From an uncultured Dehalococcoidia bacterium (lineage in GTDB: Bacteria > Chloroflexota > Dehalococcoidia > Lucifugimonadales > UBA3495), in NCBI GenBank assembly GCA_964401855.1, contig CAYOAF010000133.1:1-34801 (forward strand): a stretch of 34,801 bases of DNA, written 5' to 3'. Of the stretch, positions 16,387 through 27,347 are shown one piece after another. The notes beneath the pieces were generated by a model. The model ran no database searches, had not been told where the DNA came from, and was given only the letters and a program-made list of their open reading frames with translations. Both the position numbers and the translations under genes were made by a program. Positions within the stretch are counted from its first letter, which is position 1, and the number at the start of each line of letters is the position of its first letter.

Positions 16387-18333
16387 TCAACCGGAGAAAT
16401 CGCCTCCGTGCACCCGGGCATACAACTCTTCGAATACGTTGACTTGGCCGGTGGGCACGTGGCGCAGAAAAGCGGCGTGGACTCCGTCCTCGGTCCAGGT
16501 ACCCTGCCCTGGTCCGGTCAGGTCGTGCAACTCTCTCCACGTCTCCTGGAAGGCGTCCAGGCCCATGGTTTCGGACAGGTTCAGGAAGAGGAGTTCGCCG
16601 TTGGTGTAGTTGCACACGAAGTAAGACCTGGTGACCTGCTCCGAGTAGCCTATTGTCTCCAGGTTATCCACCAGCTTCTGGATGTTGGACATCCCCAGGT
16701 TGCGGCAGAACCTGTTGTCAGCCTCGACCTCCGTCCGCCGGCCCCTCGGGGAATCGCCGTAGACCTGTTGGACTACGTAGCTGGCAAGGAAATCCGATCC
16801 ACCTTCGTTGAACCATACCGGCGAGACGGAACTTCCCCAGTAGTAATGTCCCACCTCGTGGGCGATCACGCGCCTGAAGTCGCCCAGTATTTCCTGGGGA
16901 GGGCTGATAATCATGTGGGTGCCGCGGTAGGTCCCGGCGGTGCCGACCCCCGGCTCCGCGAAGAGCAGGATTACATCTGACTGAGGAAAGGGGATGTCCA
17001 TGAACTGTTCCGTCAGCAGGACCGCATCCTCTAGCTGGGTCATGTGCCGAGCCCGCTGCAGGGCCGTATCGGTCGGTGAAGGGGGGCCAAGCCGCAGGAT
17101 GTGCAGCCGGATCTCTCCCGCCAGGGGCAGGATGGCGCTTGACGAGTCCAGGTAGTGCCCGGCCAGGAGGCTTCGGAACTCCTCGGGTGCGATCCTGGCC
17201 TGGTCGCTCAAGACCGTGACCAGCACGGCCTCGTCGTCGGTAATCCCGTCGGTGAACCAGCTTTGCTCAACCAGGAGCGCCAGGTCGTCGGGGTATCCGA
17301 GCAGGTCCCGCAGAGTGGTCAGGGCGGATACGTCGTGCTCTTCGATGGAGTTCGCAAGGAATGACCCCGCCGCCAGCCCGTCGGCCAGGCCCGCGTCCGC
17401 CTCACTCAGAACCCGAAGGTAATAGACCGCGAATCGGGTGTTCTGGTCGAACCCCCCGGCGTGGGAGGGAAAGGCGGCAATGGTGTTGGCCAGCGGGATG
17501 TTCTCTTCCGCAATCACGGCCAGGTCTCCCAGGGACGCCCATTCCTGTCCTTCGATGCCGTCTGCCACCCACGCCAGGTCCGCCGCGGCCTTCGCGAGAG
17601 AAGCATCCCAGAAAGCCAGGACCGCGATGTTTTGGAGGGCCTTTTGCTCAACCTCGACAATGCCGTCCAGAAACCAGGGAAGCCCCGCTACCGCCGCCGC
17701 CAGGGAAGTATCCTTTCTGGCCAGAGAAACAAGCCTCTCCAGAGGCTCCGGCTCCCCCTCGGCAATGCCATCGACGATCCAGGGGAGGCCCGCCACCGTT
17801 ATCCCCAGGTCCTGGTCCAGGCTGATGAGCTGGGAAAGCGCGGACAGGGCGCTCTCCTGGGCTTCGGTGCGGTCCCCCTCTTTGAACCAGGGCAAGCTGC
17901 TCTGTAATCTCTGCGACGAATCGGCGGTGGGCGTGGGAGGCGGCACGGTTGGAAGCGCAGGCGCCGGTACTTTGGTGGGCGAGGGCGGGGTCGGTGTCGG
18001 AACGAAGGGAGTAGGCGTCGGCTCCGGCGTGGCCGACGGGGTAGGGTCTGGTGCGGCGGTGGGTCTCGCGGCAGCGGGTGGAGCCGCTCTTGGGGTCGGG
18101 GTAGGCCTCTTGGCTAGGGTAAGTGTGGGGGTAGGAGCGGAGGTAGGCGCCGGAGTCGAGGTGGGGGCAACGGTTGACGCCGGGGACGGCGCCACCGTGG
18201 GTGTTGAGGTGGCGGCTGGGACAACCGGCGGCGCAGAGCGCAAAGCCCGGTTGGGCGTTGGCGAGGGCTGCGCGCAGCCAACGCTCAGCCAGGCCAACAT
18301 CGCCAGAAGACTCGGAACAAAGGATGCCCGCAA
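16387..18333 (-). CDS. Putative lipoprotein: Pro/Thr linker, about seven 35-aa helical repeats, C-terminal gluzincin (M1/MA-like) metallopeptidase domain
   Basis: Signal peptide ending in SVG-C20, repeated LPWxxDG units, and HEVGH followed by WFNEGGSDF. Confidence 0.82.
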   Translation of the reverse strand: MRASFVPSLLAMLAWLSVGCAQPSPTPNRALRSAPPVVPAATSTPTVAPSPASTVAPTSTPAPTSAPTPTLTLAKRPTPTPRAAPPAAARPTAAPDPTPSATPEPTPTPFVPTPTPPSPTKVPAPALPTVPPPTPTADSSQRLQSSLPWFKEGDRTEAQESALSALSQLISLDQDLGITVAGLPWIVDGIAEGEPEPLERLVSLARKDTSLAAAVAGLPWFLDGIVEVEQKALQNIAVLAFWDASLAKAAADLAWVADGIEGQEWASLGDLAVIAEENIPLANTIAAFPSHAGGFDQNTRFAVYYLRVLSEADAGLADGLAAGSFLANSIEEHDVSALTTLRDLLGYPDDLALLVEQSWFTDGITDDEAVLVTVLSDQARIAPEEFRSLLAGHYLDSSSAILPLAGEIRLHILRLGPPSPTDTALQRARHMTQLEDAVLLTEQFMDIPFPQSDVILLFAEPGVGTAGTYRGTHMIISPPQEILGDFRRVIAHEVGHYYWGSSVSPVWFNEGGSDFLASYVVQQVYGDSPRGRRTEVEADNRFCRNLGMSNIQKLVDNLETIGYSEQVTRSYFVCNYTNGELLFLNLSETMGLDAFQETWRELHDLTGPGQGTWTEDGVHAAFLRHVPTGQVNVFEELYARVHGGDFSG

Positions 18334-18610
18334 GCCAGTCTCCTCTTTGCCATTCCTTAATCATGTTCAACTTGACCCGGGGGACAGCCCCGAGGCTTTC
18401 CCAAACCGGTATTGGAGCGCTCGATACTCAATCCCGGCGGCACGGCCGAAGCCGGCCGGGGCCGTTTTACCGGCCTGGCAAGCGAAGGAGAGGCCCTCCG
18501 GCCGTCGTTGCCCAACTCATGGTATCAAAAGCCGGCGCCGGGCGCAGGGGCGTCACCACCCGGAGGATCGGCGGACCGGCTGTGGCTTCATTGGATAACC
18601 GGCGCAGTAG

Positions 18611-18640
18611 TTGAACACCGAGTGCCCGGCGGATTAGAAT
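18611..18640 (+). promoter_or_regulatory. Putative sigma70 promoter of the amidohydrolase locus
   Basis: TTGAAC, 18 nt, then TAGAAT. AGGAGG lies before ATG 18679. Confidence 0.6.
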
Positions 18641-18678
18641 CGGAGCATGAACTGCCTCGATAAACAGGAGGGGCTGCA

Positions 18679-19759
18679 ATGATCATCGACAACCACGTTG
18701 ACGTCTTCCCCAACCAGGCGGGGGCGGCAGGGTATCAGGACGCTGAGACCTACTCGCGCATACTGCAGAAGCAAGTCCAGCGGTTCTGAGGGCGGTTCGT
18801 GACCAGCCACGTGGACCCAAAGTGCATACCGGAGCCCGACGAGGACGTGGGCTTCACCGTGGGAAAGTACGGGCGTCACAACTGAAGGAAGCACGGTGAG
18901 GACTGCTGGCTCCAGCGGGCGCCGGTGGTGCTGGCCCGAGCCGGAGCACACCCCGGAGCAGATGCTGGCCCACATGGACTTCGCCGGTGTGGACACGGGC
19001 GTGATCCAGGCGGGGAGCGCGGAACCCAACTATGGCCGGGAGGTGTTCTTCGCCGACTGCATCAAGCGTTGGCCGGACCGGTTCATCGGGACGGTGGAGA
19101 TCGTGTACGACCTGACCAGGGACGACGCCTATCTTCAAGGAGAGGTCCGCAAGCTGACCCAGGCCGTGGAGGAGCAAGGGTACCAGGGCCTGTTCGGCCA
19201 TGTGCCCGCCGAGCAGCCAGTGGACGACCCCCGGTGCGACCCCCTGTGGAAAGAGGCCGTCCGGCTGGGGATTCCCGTCTTCCTCAACACGGGTCTCAGA
19301 CCGGCCACCAGGACCGAGTACCTGGAAGACGTCCAGCGCATCGAGAACGTACTCAAGAGATACCCGGAGATGCCCGTCATCGACGCTCACCTGGGAAACC
19401 ACATCCGCCGTCCGAGGCACCCAAAGTACGTGGACAATCCCAGGGAGTTCTTCCCGCTGCTGAAGCTGGGCAACTTTTTCCTGGAGGTAGGCTACGTCCT
19501 CGCCTACGAAAACTGGTCCATCTGGGGGACAGAGTTCGAGTACCCCTATCCGCGCCACGAGCAGATTATCAAGAGTGTCTACGAGAATTTCGGCGCCGGC
19601 GTGCTTGTGTGGGGATCGGACATGCCGTGGACCCAGAGGACCAGCACTTACCGGCAGTGCCTGGACCTAGTGCGGCTGCACACCGGCTTCATGACCGGAG
19701 AGGAGCGAGACCTGGTCACCGGCGGCAACGTGGCCCGGTTATTCAAGGTCGGCAAGTGA
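18679..19759 (+). pseudogene. Amidohydrolase_2-family gene disrupted by two in-frame TGA codons and a frameshift
   Basis: From ATG 18679 it reads MIIDNHVDVFP...QRF*GRFVTS...GRHN*RKHGEDCWLQRAPVVLA, with TGA at 18787 and 18883. A +1 shift near 18935 leads into EPEHTPEQMLAHMDFAGVD...DAHLG...WGSDMP. Confidence 0.85.
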
Positions 19760-20111
19760 CCGAGGGCCCCAGCCCGGCGCCGGCCGTTGGCTAACGCACA
19801 TTCGAGGGGCATGGCCTAGCGCAGCCGGCCATGGTGGCGCCAAAACTACACCCAAGTTTGCGCTGTGTCAACTGAATGCCGGACCTTCGGACCCATTGAC
19901 CGCTTTTCGACGGGAGACTGCCCATGAAGGTGGCCCCTTTCTGGCGGCCTATGGTGAAATCGGGCCGGGCTTCCCCTCTCCGGGCGTTTGCTCGACCAAG
20001 CCCACGGGACCCGGTATTGAGGTATAATCGCGCGGGGGCGGGACCCGAGGCGCCGGCCTGGTCGCGCCTTCGGGTAAGAGATCTCGCCGGTCCCTTTTTC
20101 GGAGGGTTGTA

Positions 20112-22157
20112 TTGAGTCGTTGCCGGCTCGGTGTCGACGTTGGCGGCACCTTCACCGATTTTGTCCTCTTTGACGAAGAGTCTCATGAGATGTGGGTGCA
20201 CAAAAGCCCCACCATCCCTCAGGACCAGACCCAGGGCATTTCCACGGGCGCCGCTGCGCTGCTGGAGCAGCAGGACGCGGCCCCCGAAGACCTGGTGTAC
20301 GTGGCCTTGGGCAGCACCATCGCGATAAACGCCATGCTTCAGGGGCAGACCGCCCCCGTGGGCATCATAACCACCCAGGGGTTCCGGGACCTGCTGGAAC
20401 TCCGGCGGCAGCGCCGGAATGCTCTGTTCGACCTGTTCTTTCAGCTGCCCATTCCTCTGGCGCCCCGCCACCTCCGGCTGGGGGTGCCCGAGCGGGTCAA
20501 CGCCGAGGGTGAGGTGCTGGTTTCCCTGGACGAGGATAAGGTGCGCGAAGCCCTGGCACGGTTGGGCCAGGCCGGCGTGAAGTCGGTGGCGGTGTGCTTC
20601 CTGTTCAGCTTTCTCAATCCCAGTCATGAGCTGCGGGTCGAGGAGTTGGCGAGGGAGGTGATCCCGGGACGGTCCATCTGGTTATCGCACCGGGTGTTGC
20701 CCGAGTTCCGGGAGTTCGAGCGTCTGAGCACAACGGCGTGCAACGCCGCCCTCGGTCCGACCATGGAGGCCTACCTGGGCAACATCAAGAGCCGGATGGA
20801 GAAGTTGGGTTGCCGCCGGACGCCCTATATCATGCAGTCCAACGGCGGAGTGATGACGCTGCGGGGCGCCCAGGAGCGGCCGGCCAACACCCTCTTCTCC
20901 GGGCCCAGCGCCGGCGTTGTCGGCGGGCTGCACGCGGCCCGGCTGGCGGGTGCCGAAAACGTCATCACCTTCGACATGGGCGGGACCAGCACCGATGTCT
21001 GCCTGGTCAAGCAGGGCGCTATATCCATGGTGCACGAAAAGGAGATCGGCGGGACCCCGGTGCGGACCCCCATGGTGGACGTCAACTCCGTGGGAGCCGG
21101 CGGGGGCAGCATAGCGTGGATCGACACGGGGGGGCGGCTCAAGGTCGGCCCCCAGAGCGCCGGGGCGCGTCCGGGTCCCGCTGCGTACGGCCAGGGCGGA
21201 GAGCGGCCGACGGTCACCGATGCGAACCTGGTATTGGGCCGGCTGAACCCCCATGGCCTCCTGGCGGGCCGCATGCCGCTCTATCCGGACCTGGCGATGG
21301 AGGCCATCCAGCGATACGTCGCCCAGCCCCTGGGTCTGGAGCCGCTGGAGGCGGCCGCGGGCATCGTCCGGATCGTAAACACCAATATGGTCCTGGCAAT
21401 CCGCGCCGTGTCCGTCCAGCGGGGTCACGATCCCCGGGATTTCACCCTGGCGGCCTTTGGCGGCGCCGGCCCGTTGCACGCGTCGGGTGTGGCCCGGCAG
21501 CTGGGCATCTCACTGATGGTGGTGCCTCCGGCGCCGGGGATACTGTGCGCCCAGGGGCTCCTGGTCACGGATATGCGGACGGACTACGTGCGGACCTTCG
21601 TTTCACCCCTCCTCGACGCCGACCTGAATGAGGTGAACAACCTGCTGTCGGGTCTGGAGGAGAGGGCCAGGGCCTGGCTAGCCGCCGAAGCGGAAGGGGC
21701 GAAGGAGCGCTCCGTCGAGTTTTCGGCGGACCTGCGGTACGTCGGCCAGAACTACGAGCTGCCGGTGCCGGCAGCCGCGGCGCCATGGCGCGCCGGCACC
21801 TTTCAGGAGCTGGCCGAGCGGTTCCATGAAGAGCATCGGCGCGCCTACGGCTACCGGGCCGACCAGGCAACGGTGCAGCTGGTGAACCTGAGGGCAACCG
21901 CCCTGGCGGTCATACCGAAGCCCAGGCCCCGGTCCCAGACCGGCGCCTCCCCTGGCGGCCCGGCGCCCTTCGAGCACCGGGGTGTGTGGTGGGAGGAGGG
22001 CTTCGCTTCGACGCCGGTCTACCGTCGCGCCGACCTTCCAGCGGGCAGCACCCTGCGGGGACCGGCCATCGTCGAGCAGATGGACTCCACCACCCTGGTG
22101 GCTCCGGAGGAGCAGGGGGAGGTGGACGGGTACGGAAACCTGATTCTCTCGCTCTGA
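20112..22157 (+). CDS. Hydantoinase A / oxoprolinase family subunit
   Basis: GVDVGGTFTD, EFREFER, SGPSAG, DMGGTSTD, GAGGGSIA, PTVTDAN and FGGAGPLH. TTG start after GGAGG. Confidence 0.96.
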   Translation: MSRCRLGVDVGGTFTDFVLFDEESHEMWVHKSPTIPQDQTQGISTGAAALLEQQDAAPEDLVYVALGSTIAINAMLQGQTAPVGIITTQGFRDLLELRRQRRNALFDLFFQLPIPLAPRHLRLGVPERVNAEGEVLVSLDEDKVREALARLGQAGVKSVAVCFLFSFLNPSHELRVEELAREVIPGRSIWLSHRVLPEFREFERLSTTACNAALGPTMEAYLGNIKSRMEKLGCRRTPYIMQSNGGVMTLRGAQERPANTLFSGPSAGVVGGLHAARLAGAENVITFDMGGTSTDVCLVKQGAISMVHEKEIGGTPVRTPMVDVNSVGAGGGSIAWIDTGGRLKVGPQSAGARPGPAAYGQGGERPTVTDANLVLGRLNPHGLLAGRMPLYPDLAMEAIQRYVAQPLGLEPLEAAAGIVRIVNTNMVLAIRAVSVQRGHDPRDFTLAAFGGAGPLHASGVARQLGISLMVVPPAPGILCAQGLLVTDMRTDYVRTFVSPLLDADLNEVNNLLSGLEERARAWLAAEAEGAKERSVEFSADLRYVGQNYELPVPAAAAPWRAGTFQELAERFHEEHRRAYGYRADQATVQLVNLRATALAVIPKPRPRSQTGASPGGPAPFEHRGVWWEEGFASTPVYRRADLPAGSTLRGPAIVEQMDSTTLVAPEEQGEVDGYGNLILSL

Positions 22158-22167
22158 GGTCAAGACC

Positions 22168-23874
22168 GTGGTGAAACCAAAGCGGGCCGTTGAGCCCCTC
22201 TCCCCCGACCCCATCACCACCGAGGTGGTGGGCAGCTCGCTGCTGGCGGCGGCGGAGGAAATGGGAGAGATACTGGTTCGAGCCGCCTATTCGGCCAACA
22301 TCAAAGAGCGCCGGGACTCGTCGGCAGCGATCCTCGACGTGAAGGGAGGCACCATCGCCCAGGCCTCCCACATTCCCCTGCACATGGGCTCCATGTTGGG
22401 GCTGGGGCAGGCCCTCCTCCAGCGATATCCGGAGTCGGAGATCCGCCCGGGAGACATCTTCATCACCAACGACCCCTACTCGGGGGGCGGTACTCATCTC
22501 CCCGACATAACCGTGGCGGCTCCGTTCTTCGCCTGGGGCAGGTTGGTGGCGTTCACCGCCAACGTTGCCCATCACGCCGAGGTCGGCGGCGCTCCCTCGC
22601 AGACGCTGGACATCTACACCGAGGGGCTACGCATCCCCCTGGTCCGGTTGTACCGGGGGGGCCAGGTTTGCCAGGATGTCATGGATTTCATTCTCCTCAA
22701 TTGCCGCCTTCCCGACGAGCGCCAGGCGGATCTGCGGGCCCAGGCGGCTTCCGTGGAAACGGGCCTCCAACGGTTGGAGGAACTGGTGGCCAGGTACCCT
22801 GAAGAGGTGTTTCTTTCCTGTCTGAGGCATCTCGAAGAGCAGGCCGAGGCTCAGGCCGTACAGGGGATTAGGTCCATTCCTCCGGGGACCTACCGCTTCA
22901 CCGACTACATGGACACCGACGGTACCGGCTCGGGACCGGTGCCGATCTCCGTGGCGCTGACGGTAGAGGAGGACAAGATCGGCTGTGATTTCGCCGGGTC
23001 CTCGCCCCAGGTGCGCGGCCCCATCAATCTCCCTTACTACGCTACCCTGGCCGGGGTGTACTACGCCCTCAAAGCGGTGGTCGACCCCACTCTGCCCGCC
23101 AACACGGGTTTCTACCGAACGGTGCACGTCTCGGCGCCTGAGGGCACCATCGTGAACTGCGTGTCACCGGCGCCGTGCCTCTTTCGCTCGGACACGGCGC
23201 AGCGGGTGGTGGAGGTGGTGCTGGGCGCCCTGGCCCAGGCTGCGCCGGAACTGGTGGTGGCGGCCAGCAACGGGGCCGTGAGCGGCGTCTACTTCCTGGG
23301 GTACAGGGAGGACGGGAGTTACTATGCCTACATCGAGACCCTGGGAGGCGGCATGGGAGCCAGCGCCTACGGCGACGGCGCCGACGGCGTTCAAGTGCAC
23401 ACCACCAACACCTCCAACCTGCCGGTTGAGGCCCTGGAACTCGAGTACCCGATGATGGTAGAGCAATACGAGCTGGCGGTGGATTCCGGCGGGCCGGGCC
23501 GGCATCGCGGCGGCCTCGGGATTGTCCGGCAGTACCGGGTGCTGACCGACGATATCCGGGTGCGCACCAAGGGCGACCGAAACCTGATCGCTCCCTGGGG
23601 CTTGCAGGGTGGACTGAGCGGGGGCCGCTGCCGGGTTGTGCGCAATCCCGGTACGCCGGCAGAGCAGGAGATCACCCCCAAGGAGTACGACATTCTCCTC
23701 AAAGCCGGGGAGAGCATCCTCTTCATTACTCCGGGGGCCGGCGGCTACGGCCCTCCCGGCGAACGGACCCAGGCCGACATCCTTCGCGACGTGCAAGAAG
23801 GTAAGCTGTCCCCCCGGGTGGCCGCGGAGGCGTACGCGTTGAGCCCGAAGCAGCTAAGAGACGCGGCGTCCTAG
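22168..23874 (+). CDS. Hydantoinase B / oxoprolinase family subunit
   Basis: SANIKERRD, NDPYSGGGTHLPD, NTSNLPVE, DSGGPGRHRGG and TPGAGGYG. Confidence 0.96.
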   Translation: MVKPKRAVEPLSPDPITTEVVGSSLLAAAEEMGEILVRAAYSANIKERRDSSAAILDVKGGTIAQASHIPLHMGSMLGLGQALLQRYPESEIRPGDIFITNDPYSGGGTHLPDITVAAPFFAWGRLVAFTANVAHHAEVGGAPSQTLDIYTEGLRIPLVRLYRGGQVCQDVMDFILLNCRLPDERQADLRAQAASVETGLQRLEELVARYPEEVFLSCLRHLEEQAEAQAVQGIRSIPPGTYRFTDYMDTDGTGSGPVPISVALTVEEDKIGCDFAGSSPQVRGPINLPYYATLAGVYYALKAVVDPTLPANTGFYRTVHVSAPEGTIVNCVSPAPCLFRSDTAQRVVEVVLGALAQAAPELVVAASNGAVSGVYFLGYREDGSYYAYIETLGGGMGASAYGDGADGVQVHTTNTSNLPVEALELEYPMMVEQYELAVDSGGPGRHRGGLGIVRQYRVLTDDIRVRTKGDRNLIAPWGLQGGLSGGRCRVVRNPGTPAEQEITPKEYDILLKAGESILFITPGAGGYGPPGERTQADILRDVQEGKLSPRVAAEAYALSPKQLRDAAS

Positions 23875-24024
23875 CGTTATCTACCACCGGGGTATGGCCC
23901 GGCCGGCGGGCCCTGGAACCACCACTGACGGCAGTCCCGATGGCCCCTGCCAGATCTCAACCGAGGGTCTACCGCCGTTGAGGGATATCAGCCGCCACAC
24001 TCAAGAGGCTTCAAGACGGCTTGG

Positions 24025-24033
24025 TGTTAGAAT
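24025..24033 (+). promoter_or_regulatory. Extended -10 promoter for the LLM gene
   Basis: TGtTAGAAT about 35 nt upstream of ATG 24069, with an AGGAGG RBS. Confidence 0.55.
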
Positions 24034-24068
24034 GCCTCATGGTTTAGTTCATCGGTAGGAGGCCAGCG

Positions 24069-25085
24069 ATGCGGTTCGGTATCCTCCTCGGCGTCCCTTA
24101 CCCGGGGGACTTCGACTCTGTTAAGATGTACCAGCACATCTCTCAGCAGGCACAGGTAGCGTCCAAGAGCAACTTCGAGGCCCTGTTCGCCGCCCAGCAC
24201 TATCTGATCGGACCCGTTGCGGCCATGGTCCAGCCGCTCCTCCTCCTCTCCCACATGGCGGCGCAAGTGCCGGGAATGTACCTCGGGACGTCCGTCTTCC
24301 TTCTCCCCTTCCACCATCCCGTAGAGGTCGCAGAGCAGACCGCGACACTGGACGTGCTATCCGGCGGCAGATTCCTTTTCGGGGTGGGCCAGGGCTACCG
24401 GGATGTAGAGTTCGAGTCGTTTGGGTTGGAGAAGGGGCAGCGGAGACACCGGTTGGTGGAAGGGCTGCAGGTGATCCGAAAGCTCTGGGCTGAAGATGAC
24501 GTGACCTTTCAGGGACAATTCTTCCAGTTGGACGGTGTATCTATCGCTCCAAAGCCCCTTCAAGAGCCAGGCCCTCCTATTTTGATCGGCGCGGACACGG
24601 TGAGGAGTGTCTCACGAGTCCCCGCTGTGGGCGACCACTGGATAGCTAGCCGGCGCCACACCAAGGCCTTCCTGAGGCAGGCCGTCCCGGCATACCAGGC
24701 AGCCCTGGAACGTCAGGAGAGGGAGTTCAAGGGGTTGTTCATTTTCCGGGACCTGTGCGTGGCCGGGAGTGCGGGAGAGGCGGAGGACCGCATCAAGGAC
24801 GCCTACGAGAGGATGTACCAAATGTACCAGCGGTGGGGACAGCCTGGTGAACGGTACGACCTGAGCTTCGATGAGTTGAAGCAGGAGCGGCTCATCGCCG
24901 GGAACCCGGATGAGGTGGCTGAGCAGGTGATGTCGTATCACCAGGAGTTTGGCGCCGAGTTCATGTGGTTCACGGTGTACTGGCCAGGGATGGAGCCGCA
25001 GCTGGCGCTGGAGACGATCCGGCTGTTCGGGGAGCGAGTGATCCCTGTGATAAAACGAGCGACGCCGGCGTGCCCGCTGCCCTAG
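24069..25085 (+). CDS. LLM-class (luciferase-like) flavin-dependent oxidoreductase
   Basis: LLPFHHPVEVAEQTATLDVLSGGRFLFGVGQGYR, PKPLQEPGPPI and IAGNPDEV. Confidence 0.94.
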   Translation: MRFGILLGVPYPGDFDSVKMYQHISQQAQVASKSNFEALFAAQHYLIGPVAAMVQPLLLLSHMAAQVPGMYLGTSVFLLPFHHPVEVAEQTATLDVLSGGRFLFGVGQGYRDVEFESFGLEKGQRRHRLVEGLQVIRKLWAEDDVTFQGQFFQLDGVSIAPKPLQEPGPPILIGADTVRSVSRVPAVGDHWIASRRHTKAFLRQAVPAYQAALERQEREFKGLFIFRDLCVAGSAGEAEDRIKDAYERMYQMYQRWGQPGERYDLSFDELKQERLIAGNPDEVAEQVMSYHQEFGAEFMWFTVYWPGMEPQLALETIRLFGERVIPVIKRATPACPLP

Positions 25086-25324
25086 TACGGGGCCAGGCAG
25101 GCCAGGATTTGCGTTCCAAATGACTTGGGCTTCAATCCGGACTGCCGGGAGACGGCGCCAGGTGCGGTAGACCGCCGCCAAGGCGGAGGCAGCGCCCGGC
25201 ATGAGAATGGGGCCGGGTCTTACCTATCTCTATGCCGGTTTCCTGGTTCTCCTGTTCGCATTCTTGACGGAGTTGGTCCCCAAGAACCGGCTCGCCGAGG
25301 CCGGCTGTTCGGCCATCACCCCGG

Positions 25325-26336
<1,012 letters not shown>

Positions 26337-26359
<23 letters not shown>

Positions 26360-27326
26360 CGTTGTGCCTCCAGCAAGACGATACGTGGCCCGGGCCGATA
26401 GCAAAGCTGGGAGGATATTCCTCGCATTTGTCAAAGGTGTAGGGGCAGCGGGGCGCGAAGGCGCAGCCGGTTGGTAGGTTGTCTAGGGAAGGTGGCTGGC
26501 CTTCGATCGATGGCAGGTATTCCACGTCGACATCCAGGTCGGGTATAGATTTCAGCAGGGCCTCGGTGTAAGGATGGACAGCGTTATCGAACAGCTCGTT
26601 CACTTCCGCAAGTTCGACTATTCTACCGGCGTACATTACGGCCACCCGGTTGCACATGCGGGCAATAATGCCCAGGTCATGGGTGATGAAGATTATCGCC
26701 GTTCCGGTCTCCTTTTGAATCTCATTGAGCAGCTTCAGGTACTGGAGTTGAATGGTTGCGTCCAGAGAAGTTGTCGGCTCGTCAGCGATCAATACGTTGG
26801 GGGAGCGGGCTATAGCGATGGCGCCCACCACCCGCTGGCGCATCCCGCCGCTGAGCTGGTGGGGGAAAGCAGCAAGGCGCGTCTCGGGCGCTGGAATGTT
26901 CACCATGGCCAGCAGGTTCGTCGCCCTGCTGCGGAGGCTCTTGGAGGGCTGGGACGTATCCATCCTCAGGCACTCAATGAGCTGTTTTCCGATGTTGAAC
27001 ACCGGATTGAGCGAGGTGAGCGGGTCTTGCATTACCATGCACAGGCCTGAGCCTCGAATTTCCCGCATCTCGGCCTGGGTTTTTTCCAACAAATTCTCGC
27101 CCATGTACCAGATCTTCCCGCTTACGATGCGGCCGGCAGGCTGGGGAACCAACCCCAGGATAGACCAGGCGGTCATGCTCTTGCCCGACCCAGACTCGCC
27201 GACAACGCCCAAGGTTTCTCCCTTCTTCATCTCGAAGCTGATCCCGTCAACCGCCTTGACGACCCCGCTACGGGTGAAGAAGTAAGTCCGCAAGTCCTCT
27301 ACTTTCAGGACTACATCATCTTGCAT
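26337..27326 (-). CDS. Peptide/nickel-type ABC transporter ATP-binding subunit (OppD/DppD-like)
   Basis: GESGSGKS, LSGGMRQR, DEPTTSLD and GCAFAPRC. Confidence 0.95.
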
Positions 27327-27347
27327 TTGCGCTAACCTTCCCGTGGA

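Noticed and set aside
18787-18885. Selenocysteine or genetic-code reassignment as an explanation for the in-frame TGAs
   Set aside because: TGA terminates other genes in the window, the contexts look like Trp rather than Cys sites, and a frameshift is also present.
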